From: Aestuariivirga sp.
GTDB taxonomy: Bacteria; Pseudomonadota; Alphaproteobacteria; Rhizobiales; Aestuariivirgaceae
Assembly: GCF_044238155.1 (NCBI RefSeq)
Contig: NZ_JBIIDX010000001.1
Coordinates: 3,810 to 67,809 of the forward strand
Direction: 5' to 3'
DNA: 64,000 nt
Of this stretch, positions 38,930 to 47,676 are shown one piece after another (position 1 is the stretch's first letter; each line of letters starts with the position of its first letter). Made by a program: the position numbers and the translations under genes. Below the pieces are notes generated by a model. The model saw only the letters and a program-made list of their open reading frames with translations. It was not told where the DNA came from and searched no databases.

Positions 38930-40312
38930 TTGCCCGGGAATGCTGACCTGATGCCTGCCCATAGCCACAAGAGCCTTGCCGACCGGTGGGTCAGCCTCAG
39001 GGGGGCGGCCTGGAAGGCGCTGCTGCGCCAGGCAGAGGCCTTGGCCTATCTGGTCGCGGGCCTGCCGGTGGCGCTCAGGCACGCGTTCGCGCCACGGCCC
39101 ACGGCTGATCTTCCGTCTGCTGACTATCTTCACCGCTACTATGCCTGGAATTACTGGCGGTTGCCGTGGGGACCGGTCAAGGCCGTGCTGGCAGCGCTCG
39201 TCTGGCCGCTGGCGCTGGTCGTCACGCTGTGGCTGTTTACCAGGCGCAATGGCGCGGCGATTGCCGCACGCACTGGCATCGGCGTTCCAGCCCAGCTGCT
39301 GGGTCAGGTGGCGATGGCGCTGCGCTTCGGCATTGCGCCCTTCTGGTATTACATGTTCGAGCTCTATCTGCCCGAGCGCAGGCAGCGGGCCGGGCTTTAC
39401 CTCACCGCTCACGAGACGATTGGCCCGGCTTACGGGGCGCTGCAGCCGCCCCCGGGGGCCGATCACCTGGATGACAAGATCTGGTTTGCCGAACACTGCC
39501 ACCGGCAGGGCGTGCGGGCGGTGCCTGTGCTGATGCATTTCAGCCGTGGGCTGCCGCAGCAGCTTGCCGGCGGTGTTGATGAGCTGCCGCCCAGCGACCT
39601 GTTCGTGAAGCCGCGCTCAGGTTCCGGCGGCCACCGCATGGAACGCTGGGACTGCATCGGTGACGGGCGCTACCGCAACGCCCATGGCGAGGTACTCGAC
39701 CGTGCGGCCTTGATGGATAAGCTCAAGCTCCAGTCACTCAAGGATGACTTTCTGGTGCAGCCGCGGCTGGCCAACGATCCCGTGCTTGATGACATCGCCA
39801 ATGGCGCGCTGGCCACCGTGCGCCTGCTTACGTGCCGCAACGAGCAGGGCCAGCCGGAGGCCGTCAAGGCCGCCTTCCGCATGGCGATCGGCAATCAGGT
39901 GGTCGACAATTTCCACCAGGGCGGGCTGGCCACTGCGGTGGATCTTGGCACCGGCCAGATCGGCATCGCTTCCGATCTCGGCATCAGTCCAGGCGTTGGC
40001 TGGCGTGACACCCACCCGGTCAGCGGTGCGCGGTTTGCGGGCCGCACGCTGCCGCACTGGCGGCAAGTGGTGGCGCTGGGCATCCGGGCGCATCAGGCCT
40101 TCCCTGATCGCGTGGTCGTGGGCTGGGATATTGCCATGCTCGCCGACGGCGCAATGGTCATCGAAGGCAACGGCAGGCCCGACCTCGACATCCACCAGCG
40201 CGCTGAGCAAGGGCCTGCCGGTGAAAGCCGGATTGCGGACCTGTTGCGCTTCAATGTGGCAGGGGTGGGGCGCGGTTCCCATACTGAATGTCCGACTACA
40301 GCAATGCGTTGA
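38930..40312 (+). CDS. sugar-transfer-associated ATP-grasp family ligase with an N-terminal membrane segment
   Basis: 460 aa. Hydrophobic segments VKAVLAALVWPLALVVTLWLF and LLGQVAMALRFGIAPFWYYMF. ATP-grasp body LFVKPRSGSGG...FLVQPRL...NFHQGGLA...GWDIAMLADGAMVIEGN. Confidence 0.7.
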   Translation: MPGNADLMPAHSHKSLADRWVSLRGAAWKALLRQAEALAYLVAGLPVALRHAFAPRPTADLPSADYLHRYYAWNYWRLPWGPVKAVLAALVWPLALVVTLWLFTRRNGAAIAARTGIGVPAQLLGQVAMALRFGIAPFWYYMFELYLPERRQRAGLYLTAHETIGPAYGALQPPPGADHLDDKIWFAEHCHRQGVRAVPVLMHFSRGLPQQLAGGVDELPPSDLFVKPRSGSGGHRMERWDCIGDGRYRNAHGEVLDRAALMDKLKLQSLKDDFLVQPRLANDPVLDDIANGALATVRLLTCRNEQGQPEAVKAAFRMAIGNQVVDNFHQGGLATAVDLGTGQIGIASDLGISPGVGWRDTHPVSGARFAGRTLPHWRQVVALGIRAHQAFPDRVVVGWDIAMLADGAMVIEGNGRPDLDIHQRAEQGPAGESRIADLLRFNVAGVGRGSHTECPTTAMR

Positions 40313-40372
40313 AGCTGACGGCCCGATTTGCTATTGCCCACCGGCACGTAACTCAGAGTAGCAATCCGCAAT

Positions 40373-41284
40373 ATGCAGCTCCCCAACATTTATGACCTCC
40401 GCACCGGTGTGCGCCGTCTCATTTCTGCCAGTTCCGCAGTGCTTCCCCGCGAGACTGGCATCCGGGCGGAGCGGTGGTTTCGCGGTTATGAGGATTCCAA
40501 GAAACTCGCTAGTGCCGATGGAGTTGTTGTGTCGTTTGGCAAGAGCGGACGGACTTGGCTGAGGGTTTTGATCTGGCGTTACTTCGCGAAACGCAATGGT
40601 TACGCAGGCGAAGGCATCAGCGAGTTTGATGAGTTCCGCCACCGTAACCCCAGTGTACCTGTCCTGTTTTTTACGCATGATAACTATCTCAAGGACTATG
40701 CCGGACATGACCACAAGTCCCGGCTCTACGGGAAGGCCCCGGTTGTCCTGCTCGTGCGCGACCCGCGAGATACCGCGGTGTCACAATATTTCCAGTGGAA
40801 GCATCGCATCGCGCCGCGCAAGAAAGTGATCAACAATTATCCCCTCAATGATGACGGGCTTTACAGTTTTGTGTCTGGTGATCAATCCGGCATTCCCAAG
40901 ATTATCGATTTTATGAACGCCTGGGCGAAGGAGATTGGCGACATGCCGCACCTTCTCGTTGTTAAGTACGAGGATTTGCGGGCAGATACCCAGGGTGAAC
41001 TGCGCCGGGTACTGGAGTTTTTCGGCCAGCATCCAACCAGCGAGGAACTGAAAGACGCTGTCACCTTTGCATCGGTTGATAACATGCGCCGGATGGAGCT
41101 CGAAAACGCCCGAAATGCTAGCGCCCATCGCAGCCTCAGGCCCGCCGACGCGAACGATCCCTCCAGTTTCAAGGTCCGCCGCGCCAAGGTCGGCGGGTGG
41201 CGTGACTATGTGAGTGCGGATGAGGCAGCAACTCTTGATGCCATGGTCAGAGGACGGCTCTCGGCAGTATTCGGTTATCAGTGA
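40373..41284 (+). CDS. PAPS-dependent sulfotransferase domain protein
   Basis: 303 aa. 5'-PSB-like FGKSGRTWL and 3'-PB-like LVRDPRDTAVSQY. It is the first gene of the lower-GC block. Confidence 0.7.
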   Translation: MQLPNIYDLRTGVRRLISASSAVLPRETGIRAERWFRGYEDSKKLASADGVVVSFGKSGRTWLRVLIWRYFAKRNGYAGEGISEFDEFRHRNPSVPVLFFTHDNYLKDYAGHDHKSRLYGKAPVVLLVRDPRDTAVSQYFQWKHRIAPRKKVINNYPLNDDGLYSFVSGDQSGIPKIIDFMNAWAKEIGDMPHLLVVKYEDLRADTQGELRRVLEFFGQHPTSEELKDAVTFASVDNMRRMELENARNASAHRSLRPADANDPSSFKVRRAKVGGWRDYVSADEAATLDAMVRGRLSAVFGYQ

Positions 41285-41329
41285 GTTTCTTTTGGCTTCA
41301 AAAAGCTTGGTATTGCTTTCCTCACCTAC

Positions 41330-42385
41330 CTAACGCTTGGCTATCTTGTCCCAGCCAACTGGTGTGTTTGCGGCTGTTGCACAGGTCATGACTGATCCGA
41401 TCACCTCGTCAATGTGCTTCGGCGCCAGTCCATAACCAGGACGCACGCTCCGTACCGCGGATCTTGTTACGGTTTCGCCGGCTTTCATATCTTTCACGAA
41501 ATACAGGGAGCGGCGGAACATGACATTGCCGACCTCGCTCGATTTCCGCCCATAGTCAATTTGGCCTAAAGCATTCCAGGCAGTGCGCGAACCCCTGCAG
41601 AGTTGCGCGAATTCCGCCGGTTCCAGTGAAAAGCTGTCATCTGGGCCTCCACCAGTTCGATCCAGCGTCATGTGCTTCTCGATTATGGTGGCGCCCAGCG
41701 CCACACTGGCTATGGCTGTCGTATTGTCGATCGTATGATCGGAAAGTCCGATCGGCACGCCAAAACGCCTTGCCATGTCGGGAATGGTGGCAAGATTATA
41801 GTCCTCTGGCGGTGCCGGATAGCCTGAAACGCAGTGCAGCAGGGCCAGTTCTTCACACCCGCCTTCCCGCGCCGCAGCCACGGCTTCTTTGATCTCTTCG
41901 AGATCAGCCATTCCAGTTGAGATAATCATCGGCTTGCGTTTCGAGGCGACATAGCGGATGAGGTCAAGGTCGACCGCCTCGAACGACGCAATCTTATAAG
42001 CAGGTGCGCGAAGCTCTTCCAAGAAGTCTACCGCCGTATGGTCAAACGGCGTGGAGAACAACGTAATGCCGCGTTTTCTCGCATGTGCGAATAGTGCCTC
42101 GTGCCATTCCCAGGGCGTATGGGCCCACTCATAGAGCTCGTAGAGTGTGCGCCCCGCCCATAGGCCATCCTGGATCTGGAAATCCGGTAGGTTGGAACGC
42201 AGGGTTATCGTATCGGGCCGGTAGGTTTGGATCTTCACAGCATCGGCCCCGGCCGCCTGGGCGGCGTCGATAATACTGAGGGCTGCTTCGAGGCGTCCGT
42301 TGTGATTGGCGGAGAGTTCGCTGATCACATAAGGAGGGGCCTCGGCCGAGATCTCTCTTCCGTTGATGATGATTTTTGGTGTCAT
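41330..42385 (-). CDS. pseI: pseudaminic acid synthase (NeuB family)
   Basis: 351 aa. PYVISELSANHNGRLEAALSIIDAAQAAGADAVKIQTY and a C-terminal SAF/antifreeze-like domain. Confidence 0.85.
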   Translation of the reverse strand: MTPKIIINGREISAEAPPYVISELSANHNGRLEAALSIIDAAQAAGADAVKIQTYRPDTITLRSNLPDFQIQDGLWAGRTLYELYEWAHTPWEWHEALFAHARKRGITLFSTPFDHTAVDFLEELRAPAYKIASFEAVDLDLIRYVASKRKPMIISTGMADLEEIKEAVAAAREGGCEELALLHCVSGYPAPPEDYNLATIPDMARRFGVPIGLSDHTIDNTTAIASVALGATIIEKHMTLDRTGGGPDDSFSLEPAEFAQLCRGSRTAWNALGQIDYGRKSSEVGNVMFRRSLYFVKDMKAGETVTRSAVRSVRPGYGLAPKHIDEVIGSVMTCATAANTPVGWDKIAKR

Positions 42386-42452
42386 GTCGTTCTGGGTCTC
42401 GCAACCGCGTTTAAGGTGATGGACTTGAGCAATGGACTGGACAGCAACGGTT

Positions 42453-43094
42453 TCATTTCAATTTCTTGAGGCGGATTTCGTAGACGTGCCCGTGCAAGTG
42501 GAAGAACGCGGGATAGCGCTCTGGGTCGCAAACGCGTAGTATGTCGAACTGTTCGGCAATCGATTTGCCCGGATCGATCTCGCTGTCTGCAGGTATGCGC
42601 CTTCGGTAATAACTTGCTGTGACCTCAGGTTGCGGCACTGGAATTCTTCCCTGCCGAATCATGCCTATCACCTCATCCATCAACTTCAGTTCGTTGGCGA
42701 AGAGAGCGGCGTTGATCTCTTCGTGGAGTGCATGTGGGGCTACCTCGAAAGTTCTCTTTGACCAAACATCACCACTGTCGACTTTCTCTGCCGCGTCGAT
42801 TGCGGAAACGGTCAGGGTGTGAGCGCCTTCGATGATAGCCCAGACGTGTGGGCTCCACCCTCGGCCTCTCGGCAGGTCACTTGCGTGCAGGACGATGACA
42901 TGCCCGTAGAGGGCCCTCCGTTCGGCCGGGATTATCTCGGAGCAGGAAATGAGGAACAGCACATCGCCACCGCCAAGCTTCTCCACCTCATGCAGTAGGG
43001 TTGTTTCATCGCCGGGTGTCTGCTGGTCACGCCAGGTCTCGAGCCAGGGAATGACCGGGTGATGGCGGCTCGAACAGAGAAGGTCGATCTTCAT
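42453..43094 (-). CDS. formyltransferase-domain protein occupying the slot where the acetyltransferase PseH would be expected
   Basis: 213 aa. IVLHASDLPRGRGWSP corresponds to the N-x-H-x-SLLPxxRG formyltransferase motif, but the Asn position is Val. VDSGDVW corresponds to the catalytic Asp region. Confidence 0.65.
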   Translation of the reverse strand: MKIDLLCSSRHHPVIPWLETWRDQQTPGDETTLLHEVEKLGGGDVLFLISCSEIIPAERRALYGHVIVLHASDLPRGRGWSPHVWAIIEGAHTLTVSAIDAAEKVDSGDVWSKRTFEVAPHALHEEINAALFANELKLMDEVIGMIRQGRIPVPQPEVTASYYRRRIPADSEIDPGKSIAEQFDILRVCDPERYPAFFHLHGHVYEIRLKKLK

Positions 43095-44188
43095 GGTGCC
43101 GTTCCAGCGTTCATGACTGCGACAACGCGCTCCGTTCCGCCACCGTCGCAGATCCTAGCCGAGTGCGCAGAAAGCGCGGCAAGGCAGTCGGGTAACATGG
43201 CCTGTTCCAGTACTCGACGTAGGCGGTGGGGAAAATCATCGGCCAGCAAGGAACCAGGGTATAGGGCGGCGCCCGCGGCGATCATGTTGCGGGCAATACC
43301 CGCCTGGTTGGCGGCAGTTTCCGTGATGATGGTGGGCAGTCCAAGGCAACAGCGCTCCCAGGTTGTCGTACCGGCAGCCCCAATCGCTAGGTCCGCCTCA
43401 GCCATGAGGCTAGGCATGTCATTGACATTGACGGCGACCTCGGCCGACCATGGCAGTTCGGCCGCCAGCTTCCTGACGCGGGGGAGGGCAGGTGAATTAT
43501 TTCCCATGATGATGATCAGGCTAGCGTCCGGCGGCAAGTTTGCGGTTTTCATGGCTAGCAGTATGCGCGAGGTGGCATCGGCAACGTCAACCCCCCCCAT
43601 GGAAATGAGCAGGCGCCGGGGTTTCCGCTCCCCACGGCCTGCAAGAGACGCCTCGCGCAGAGCCGCAAAACCCGGCCTCAACAGCGCATAGTGCGGACCG
43701 ACAATCCGCCGGGCCGTGGAGGGAAGCAGAGGGTCGTAATCGGACGCTCTCCGGCCCAGATTTTGGTCCAGCAGCAAGTCAGCAAGATGCGGCCTGTCGG
43801 CAAGATCGTCAATCACCAGCAGTTTCGTACCTCTGGGGCGGGCTACATCTTCCCAGCGCTCATCGAAGGCATAATGGTCCAATACTAGCCAATCTGGTGG
43901 CTCGGCCGAGAGTGCAGCGCGGGTGCTCGCAGAATCCCTCTGCCAGTTCTCTCCTGCCCAGGCGGCATGGGCAGGCGGTGCTTCAGGTGTGGGTCCCTGA
44001 GGTGCCGGCAGGAGGGTTACTGAAAAGCCTTTCGATCTGATGTGCGCTGCCAGGTTGCCAGGAAGTTCGCGCGTGATGAAATGGCAAATTGTACCCGCTT
44101 TGCGCAGTGCGCTTGCAAGCGTCAGGCACCGCATGACGTGCCCTGTGCCCATCTCGATTGAGGCATCCACACGAAAAGCTACTCGCAT
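43091..44188 (-). CDS. pseG: UDP-2,4-diacetamido-2,4,6-trideoxy-beta-L-altropyranose hydrolase
   Basis: ORF 43091..44266 with a preferred ATG at 44188 (MRVAFRVDASIEMGTGHVMRCLTLASALRKAG), the typical PseG N-terminus. ATGA overlap with the downstream gene. Confidence 0.8.
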   Translation of the reverse strand: MRVAFRVDASIEMGTGHVMRCLTLASALRKAGTICHFITRELPGNLAAHIRSKGFSVTLLPAPQGPTPEAPPAHAAWAGENWQRDSASTRAALSAEPPDWLVLDHYAFDERWEDVARPRGTKLLVIDDLADRPHLADLLLDQNLGRRASDYDPLLPSTARRIVGPHYALLRPGFAALREASLAGRGERKPRRLLISMGGVDVADATSRILLAMKTANLPPDASLIIIMGNNSPALPRVRKLAAELPWSAEVAVNVNDMPSLMAEADLAIGAAGTTTWERCCLGLPTIITETAANQAGIARNMIAAGAALYPGSLLADDFPHRLRRVLEQAMLPDCLAALSAHSARICDGGGTERVVAVMNAGTAP

Positions 44189-44190
44189 GG

Positions 44191-46230
44191 CTAGTTGATC
44201 CGCTTGAAACCGGCGTGGCACACTGGCCCTTTGAGAAGCGATGTTACGTCGAGCCCGTCTTCGCACTTGGCAATGAGGGCAAACACCTTGTCAATCGCCT
44301 CCGCATATCGCTCAATCACCTCGGGGGTATGTGCAAGACAGGCATAGGTGCCGGTTGCGGCCAGGAAGCCAAGGGCCAGCATTTCTTGAGTGATAAGAGT
44401 CTTGTACGCCAGCGCATTCGCGCCGGGAAAGCTGAAAGTGGCGAGGGCGGGAAGGCCACTGTGATCAATGGCGAGCTTGTGACGGTCTGCGACCTGCTGC
44501 CAACACCCACGGATGGTTCGGCCAATTTCCGTGATGCGCTCCCACGAACGCTCGCGCGCCATGACGTCAAGCGTCTTGAGAGCTGCGGCGGGCCCGATGC
44601 GTTCAGTCCAGAAGGTCGAGGAGATGAAGGTAGTCTGTGCGGCCTCCATGACTTCGCGGCGACCGACCACGGCATTTATGGCATAGCCATTGCCGAGTGT
44701 CTTGCCAAACACAACTATGTCAGGCTCGATGCCATATTTCAGATACAGTCCACCAAATGTCTCACGAAAACCTGAGGTACATTCATCGAAGATCAGCACG
44801 ACGCCATGGCGCGTTGCCAGTTCGCGTACCTTCTGCAGAAAGTTAGCGTGAGGTTCGGCATTGCGCACGACTTCCATCTTGATCACGCCGATACCACCGC
44901 CGGACAGAAGGCCTTCCAGCGCAGCAATATCGTTGTAGTTGAAGGGGTGTACCACGCCGCGAAGCGCCTTGGGTACGCCTGCTGGGTTCAGTCCGGGCAG
45001 CAGGTGTCCTGCGAGGCTGTCGTCGCTGCCGAGATTGGCCGATAGGTACCAGTCATGCCAACCGTGGTAACCACACACCGCCACGCCATCCCGGCCCGAG
45101 GCAGCACGCGCAATGCGTATCGCAACGGCATTTGCCTCACCGCCAGAACGGGTAAACCTCACCATCCCCGCGAAGGGCGCGATCTCGATCAATCTTTCGG
45201 CAAGCCATACTTCCTCTGGACAATTGAGGGTCGTCATGTTGCCGCTGTCGATCACCGAGTGCACTGCGGCATCAACCTCCGGATGCCCGTAACCCAGTGT
45301 GTTGGTGCCAATCCCCATCAGGCTCATGTCGATGAGAGCATGTCCGTCCATGTCCCAGACGGTACATCCCTTGGCGCGGCTGAAATAGGCAGGCCATTGT
45401 TCTGGCGCGAACATTTCTGCTCTCTTGGACAGCAACATGCTTCCACCAGGAATAATCTGTTTGGCTCGTTTCCATAACTTTTGCCCGCTGCCCATGCTGG
45501 CTCCCTCATTACGGGAAATGCCCCGATTCAACAGAAACTCCTCAGGCTTGGCCTGCCAAGCGAAAAGAGCTTGCTGCCAGGTGAAATCGTCACGTCCGCC
45601 AAGGTTGCAGACAAGAGCGTCCACAGCATTCAGATCGGCTGCCTCATCCACAGTCCAACGAATATAGGATAGATCTTCCAGATTGCTTAGGCAGGCGCGG
45701 CGGAACGATCCCCTGCGGAGATAGGGCGTGACGTGCTCTCGATCAAAAGCGGAAGAGGCCTCGTTTGCTGCGCGCATCAGTGCGGCAGCCGTGAATACCT
45801 CAATATCCAATCCGTCAGGATAGCTCGCGGGATCGATGTTGCTGGCATAATCAACGTCTTCTTGTTGACGCAGCGCGATCACCGCATCGATCAGTGCTGG
45901 ATCAGTCAGTGGGCAATCCGCTGTGATCCGCACTACAAAGTCGGCTGCGTGGGAAGCGGCAGCGCGTGCGAAACGATCCAGTACGTCTCGCTCACTTCCG
46001 CGCACGACAGCAATCTTGCGTGCTGCCAAATGTGCAGCTAGCACGTCGTCCGATGGCTGGTCGGTGGTAGCGACGACCACCTTGTCCAGCATTCGCGCCC
46101 GCAGTGTCCGGTTGATTACCCAGTCGATGACTGGTCTTCCTGCGAGAAGCCGCATTACTTTTCCTGGAAGACGGCTGGATCCCATGCGGGCTTGGATGAT
46201 GGCGATAGTAGTCATGACTTTGGCCAGCAT
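44191..46230 (-). CDS. fusion of an SpsF/COG1861-type cytidylyltransferase with a class III (GSA-aminomutase-like) aminotransferase
   Basis: 679 aa. N-terminus IAIIQARMGSSRLPGKVM. The C-terminal half has GYGHPEV...RFTRSGGEANAVAIRIAR...and the PLP-lysine region VVFGKTLGNG. Confidence 0.75.
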   Translation of the reverse strand: MLAKVMTTIAIIQARMGSSRLPGKVMRLLAGRPVIDWVINRTLRARMLDKVVVATTDQPSDDVLAAHLAARKIAVVRGSERDVLDRFARAAASHAADFVVRITADCPLTDPALIDAVIALRQQEDVDYASNIDPASYPDGLDIEVFTAAALMRAANEASSAFDREHVTPYLRRGSFRRACLSNLEDLSYIRWTVDEAADLNAVDALVCNLGGRDDFTWQQALFAWQAKPEEFLLNRGISRNEGASMGSGQKLWKRAKQIIPGGSMLLSKRAEMFAPEQWPAYFSRAKGCTVWDMDGHALIDMSLMGIGTNTLGYGHPEVDAAVHSVIDSGNMTTLNCPEEVWLAERLIEIAPFAGMVRFTRSGGEANAVAIRIARAASGRDGVAVCGYHGWHDWYLSANLGSDDSLAGHLLPGLNPAGVPKALRGVVHPFNYNDIAALEGLLSGGGIGVIKMEVVRNAEPHANFLQKVRELATRHGVVLIFDECTSGFRETFGGLYLKYGIEPDIVVFGKTLGNGYAINAVVGRREVMEAAQTTFISSTFWTERIGPAAALKTLDVMARERSWERITEIGRTIRGCWQQVADRHKLAIDHSGLPALATFSFPGANALAYKTLITQEMLALGFLAATGTYACLAHTPEVIERYAEAIDKVFALIAKCEDGLDVTSLLKGPVCHAGFKRIN

Positions 46231-47039
46231 CTCGGGTCAAGAAGTCGCGTATCGGTCGTGGTGAGATGATTTGGCAGTGGCGGAAGTTTAGGGACATCTA
46301 GAATTTCGGCAAGCTGCACGGCGTTATCGACACCAATCACAACCCGCTCGACAGGTCGGGCCATCGCGAGCGCGAGTGCGGCTTGCGCGAGTGTTGTCTC
46401 CTGAGCAGCCACCCAAGCACGCCAGTCAGACAGTAGGCCACCCCAGCGGCTGGCCCACCGCGGTGTTTCGTTAAGTGTGAGTAATCCCTGCAGATATACC
46501 GAGCGTGCATGCACCCGCACGCCGTCGGAGGCCAGTTGGAGAAGCATGTCATTCCAGCGGGCGTCGAGCGCGGAGAGTGGTATCTGCACAATGTCTGGCG
46601 TCATGCGCCCCAACAGCGCCCGGAGCTCATCCGGTTCATAAACCGAAAAACCGATAGCCCGCGTGAGACCATTCCCTTTGATGCTGGCCAGCGCTGAGGC
46701 AAGACGAGGTTCTTCATGAATTTGTGCCGGAGCATGGAGGAGGATTGCCTCAAAACATTCGATGCCAAGGCGCGCAGCGCTCGCATTTATGCGACATGAC
46801 AGTTCCTCAATGTGTTCAAGTCTTCCGACTTTGCCCACCACGTTGAAACCTGAAATGCCAACCTGTCCCAACACGGACTCAGCAGAGCCATAGGCCTCCG
46901 CGGTATCAATCGTATTGATACTTGCGGCTCTGGCTAGCGACAATATACGCGCAACTTCCGAACGGGGCACTTGGCCGGAGCCAGCAACTCCATAATCCAT
47001 GCCGAACTGCACCGTGCCTAAGGCCAGTCGCTCAGTCAT
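46212..47039 (-). CDS. aldo/keto reductase
   Basis: ORF 46212..47141 with a preferred ATG at 47039 (MTERLALGTVQFGMDYG...INTIDTAEAYGSAESVLG). It overlaps both neighbouring genes. Confidence 0.75.
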   Translation of the reverse strand: MTERLALGTVQFGMDYGVAGSGQVPRSEVARILSLARAASINTIDTAEAYGSAESVLGQVGISGFNVVGKVGRLEHIEELSCRINASAARLGIECFEAILLHAPAQIHEEPRLASALASIKGNGLTRAIGFSVYEPDELRALLGRMTPDIVQIPLSALDARWNDMLLQLASDGVRVHARSVYLQGLLTLNETPRWASRWGGLLSDWRAWVAAQETTLAQAALALAMARPVERVVIGVDNAVQLAEILDVPKLPPLPNHLTTTDTRLLDPRCWPKS

Positions 47040-47673
47040 GACCCGACAGCTTGCGCAAAAGGGATACAGACACCCACTCGTGGGCGTCATCGGTCGGCTT
47101 GTCCGACAAATGATGATAGACTTCATGCGATAGGCAAACATAGCTGGGATGCCAGTCGAACAGTCGACGATAGTCCATTTTGAACGACCAAAGGCCTTCC
47201 TTGTGGTGGTAGGGCCTGGTCACTGGACTGATTGAGAAAAAATCGTGGATCACCAGCCAGCCCGGAGTAGCTAAGACGCGGTCAGCTTCTGCGGCGATAC
47301 GGAACAGATCGTCTCGGTCGCACAGGTAGAGACAGAAACCAAATATGACCACATCAAATTCACCAGCTGCAAACGGGAGGGCGTCGGCTGTGCCCACTTG
47401 GGCATCGACCCCCAACTTCCGTGCATGTGATACTGCGGCAACAGACGGATCAATGCCGCTCACCTTTGCAGTACTAGCAGCAGCGATTGCAGCGCTGCGT
47501 TGTCCGGCGCCGCACCCAACCTCCAGGACTCGCCTAATCTCCGAGATGGTTGAAATATGGCGCAGAGTGGCCACGATGCGATCGTCATCTGAAACACCTC
47601 GCGAAACAGCTGCGCTGTTTCGAAGAAACCACGCATCGCCTTCGCCACGAAGAAAAGCGTCTCGCTGGCGCAT
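47032..47673 (-). CDS. class I SAM-dependent methyltransferase, resembling pseudaminic-acid-biosynthesis-associated methylases
   Basis: 213 aa. SAM motif VLEVGCGAGQRS. The N-terminus FLRGEGDAWFLRN is typical of the Pse-associated methylase family as I recall it. Confidence 0.7.
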   Translation of the reverse strand: MRQRDAFLRGEGDAWFLRNSAAVSRGVSDDDRIVATLRHISTISEIRRVLEVGCGAGQRSAAIAAASTAKVSGIDPSVAAVSHARKLGVDAQVGTADALPFAAGEFDVVIFGFCLYLCDRDDLFRIAAEADRVLATPGWLVIHDFFSISPVTRPYHHKEGLWSFKMDYRRLFDWHPSYVCLSHEVYHHLSDKPTDDAHEWVSVSLLRKLSGHD

Positions 47674-47676
47674 GTG

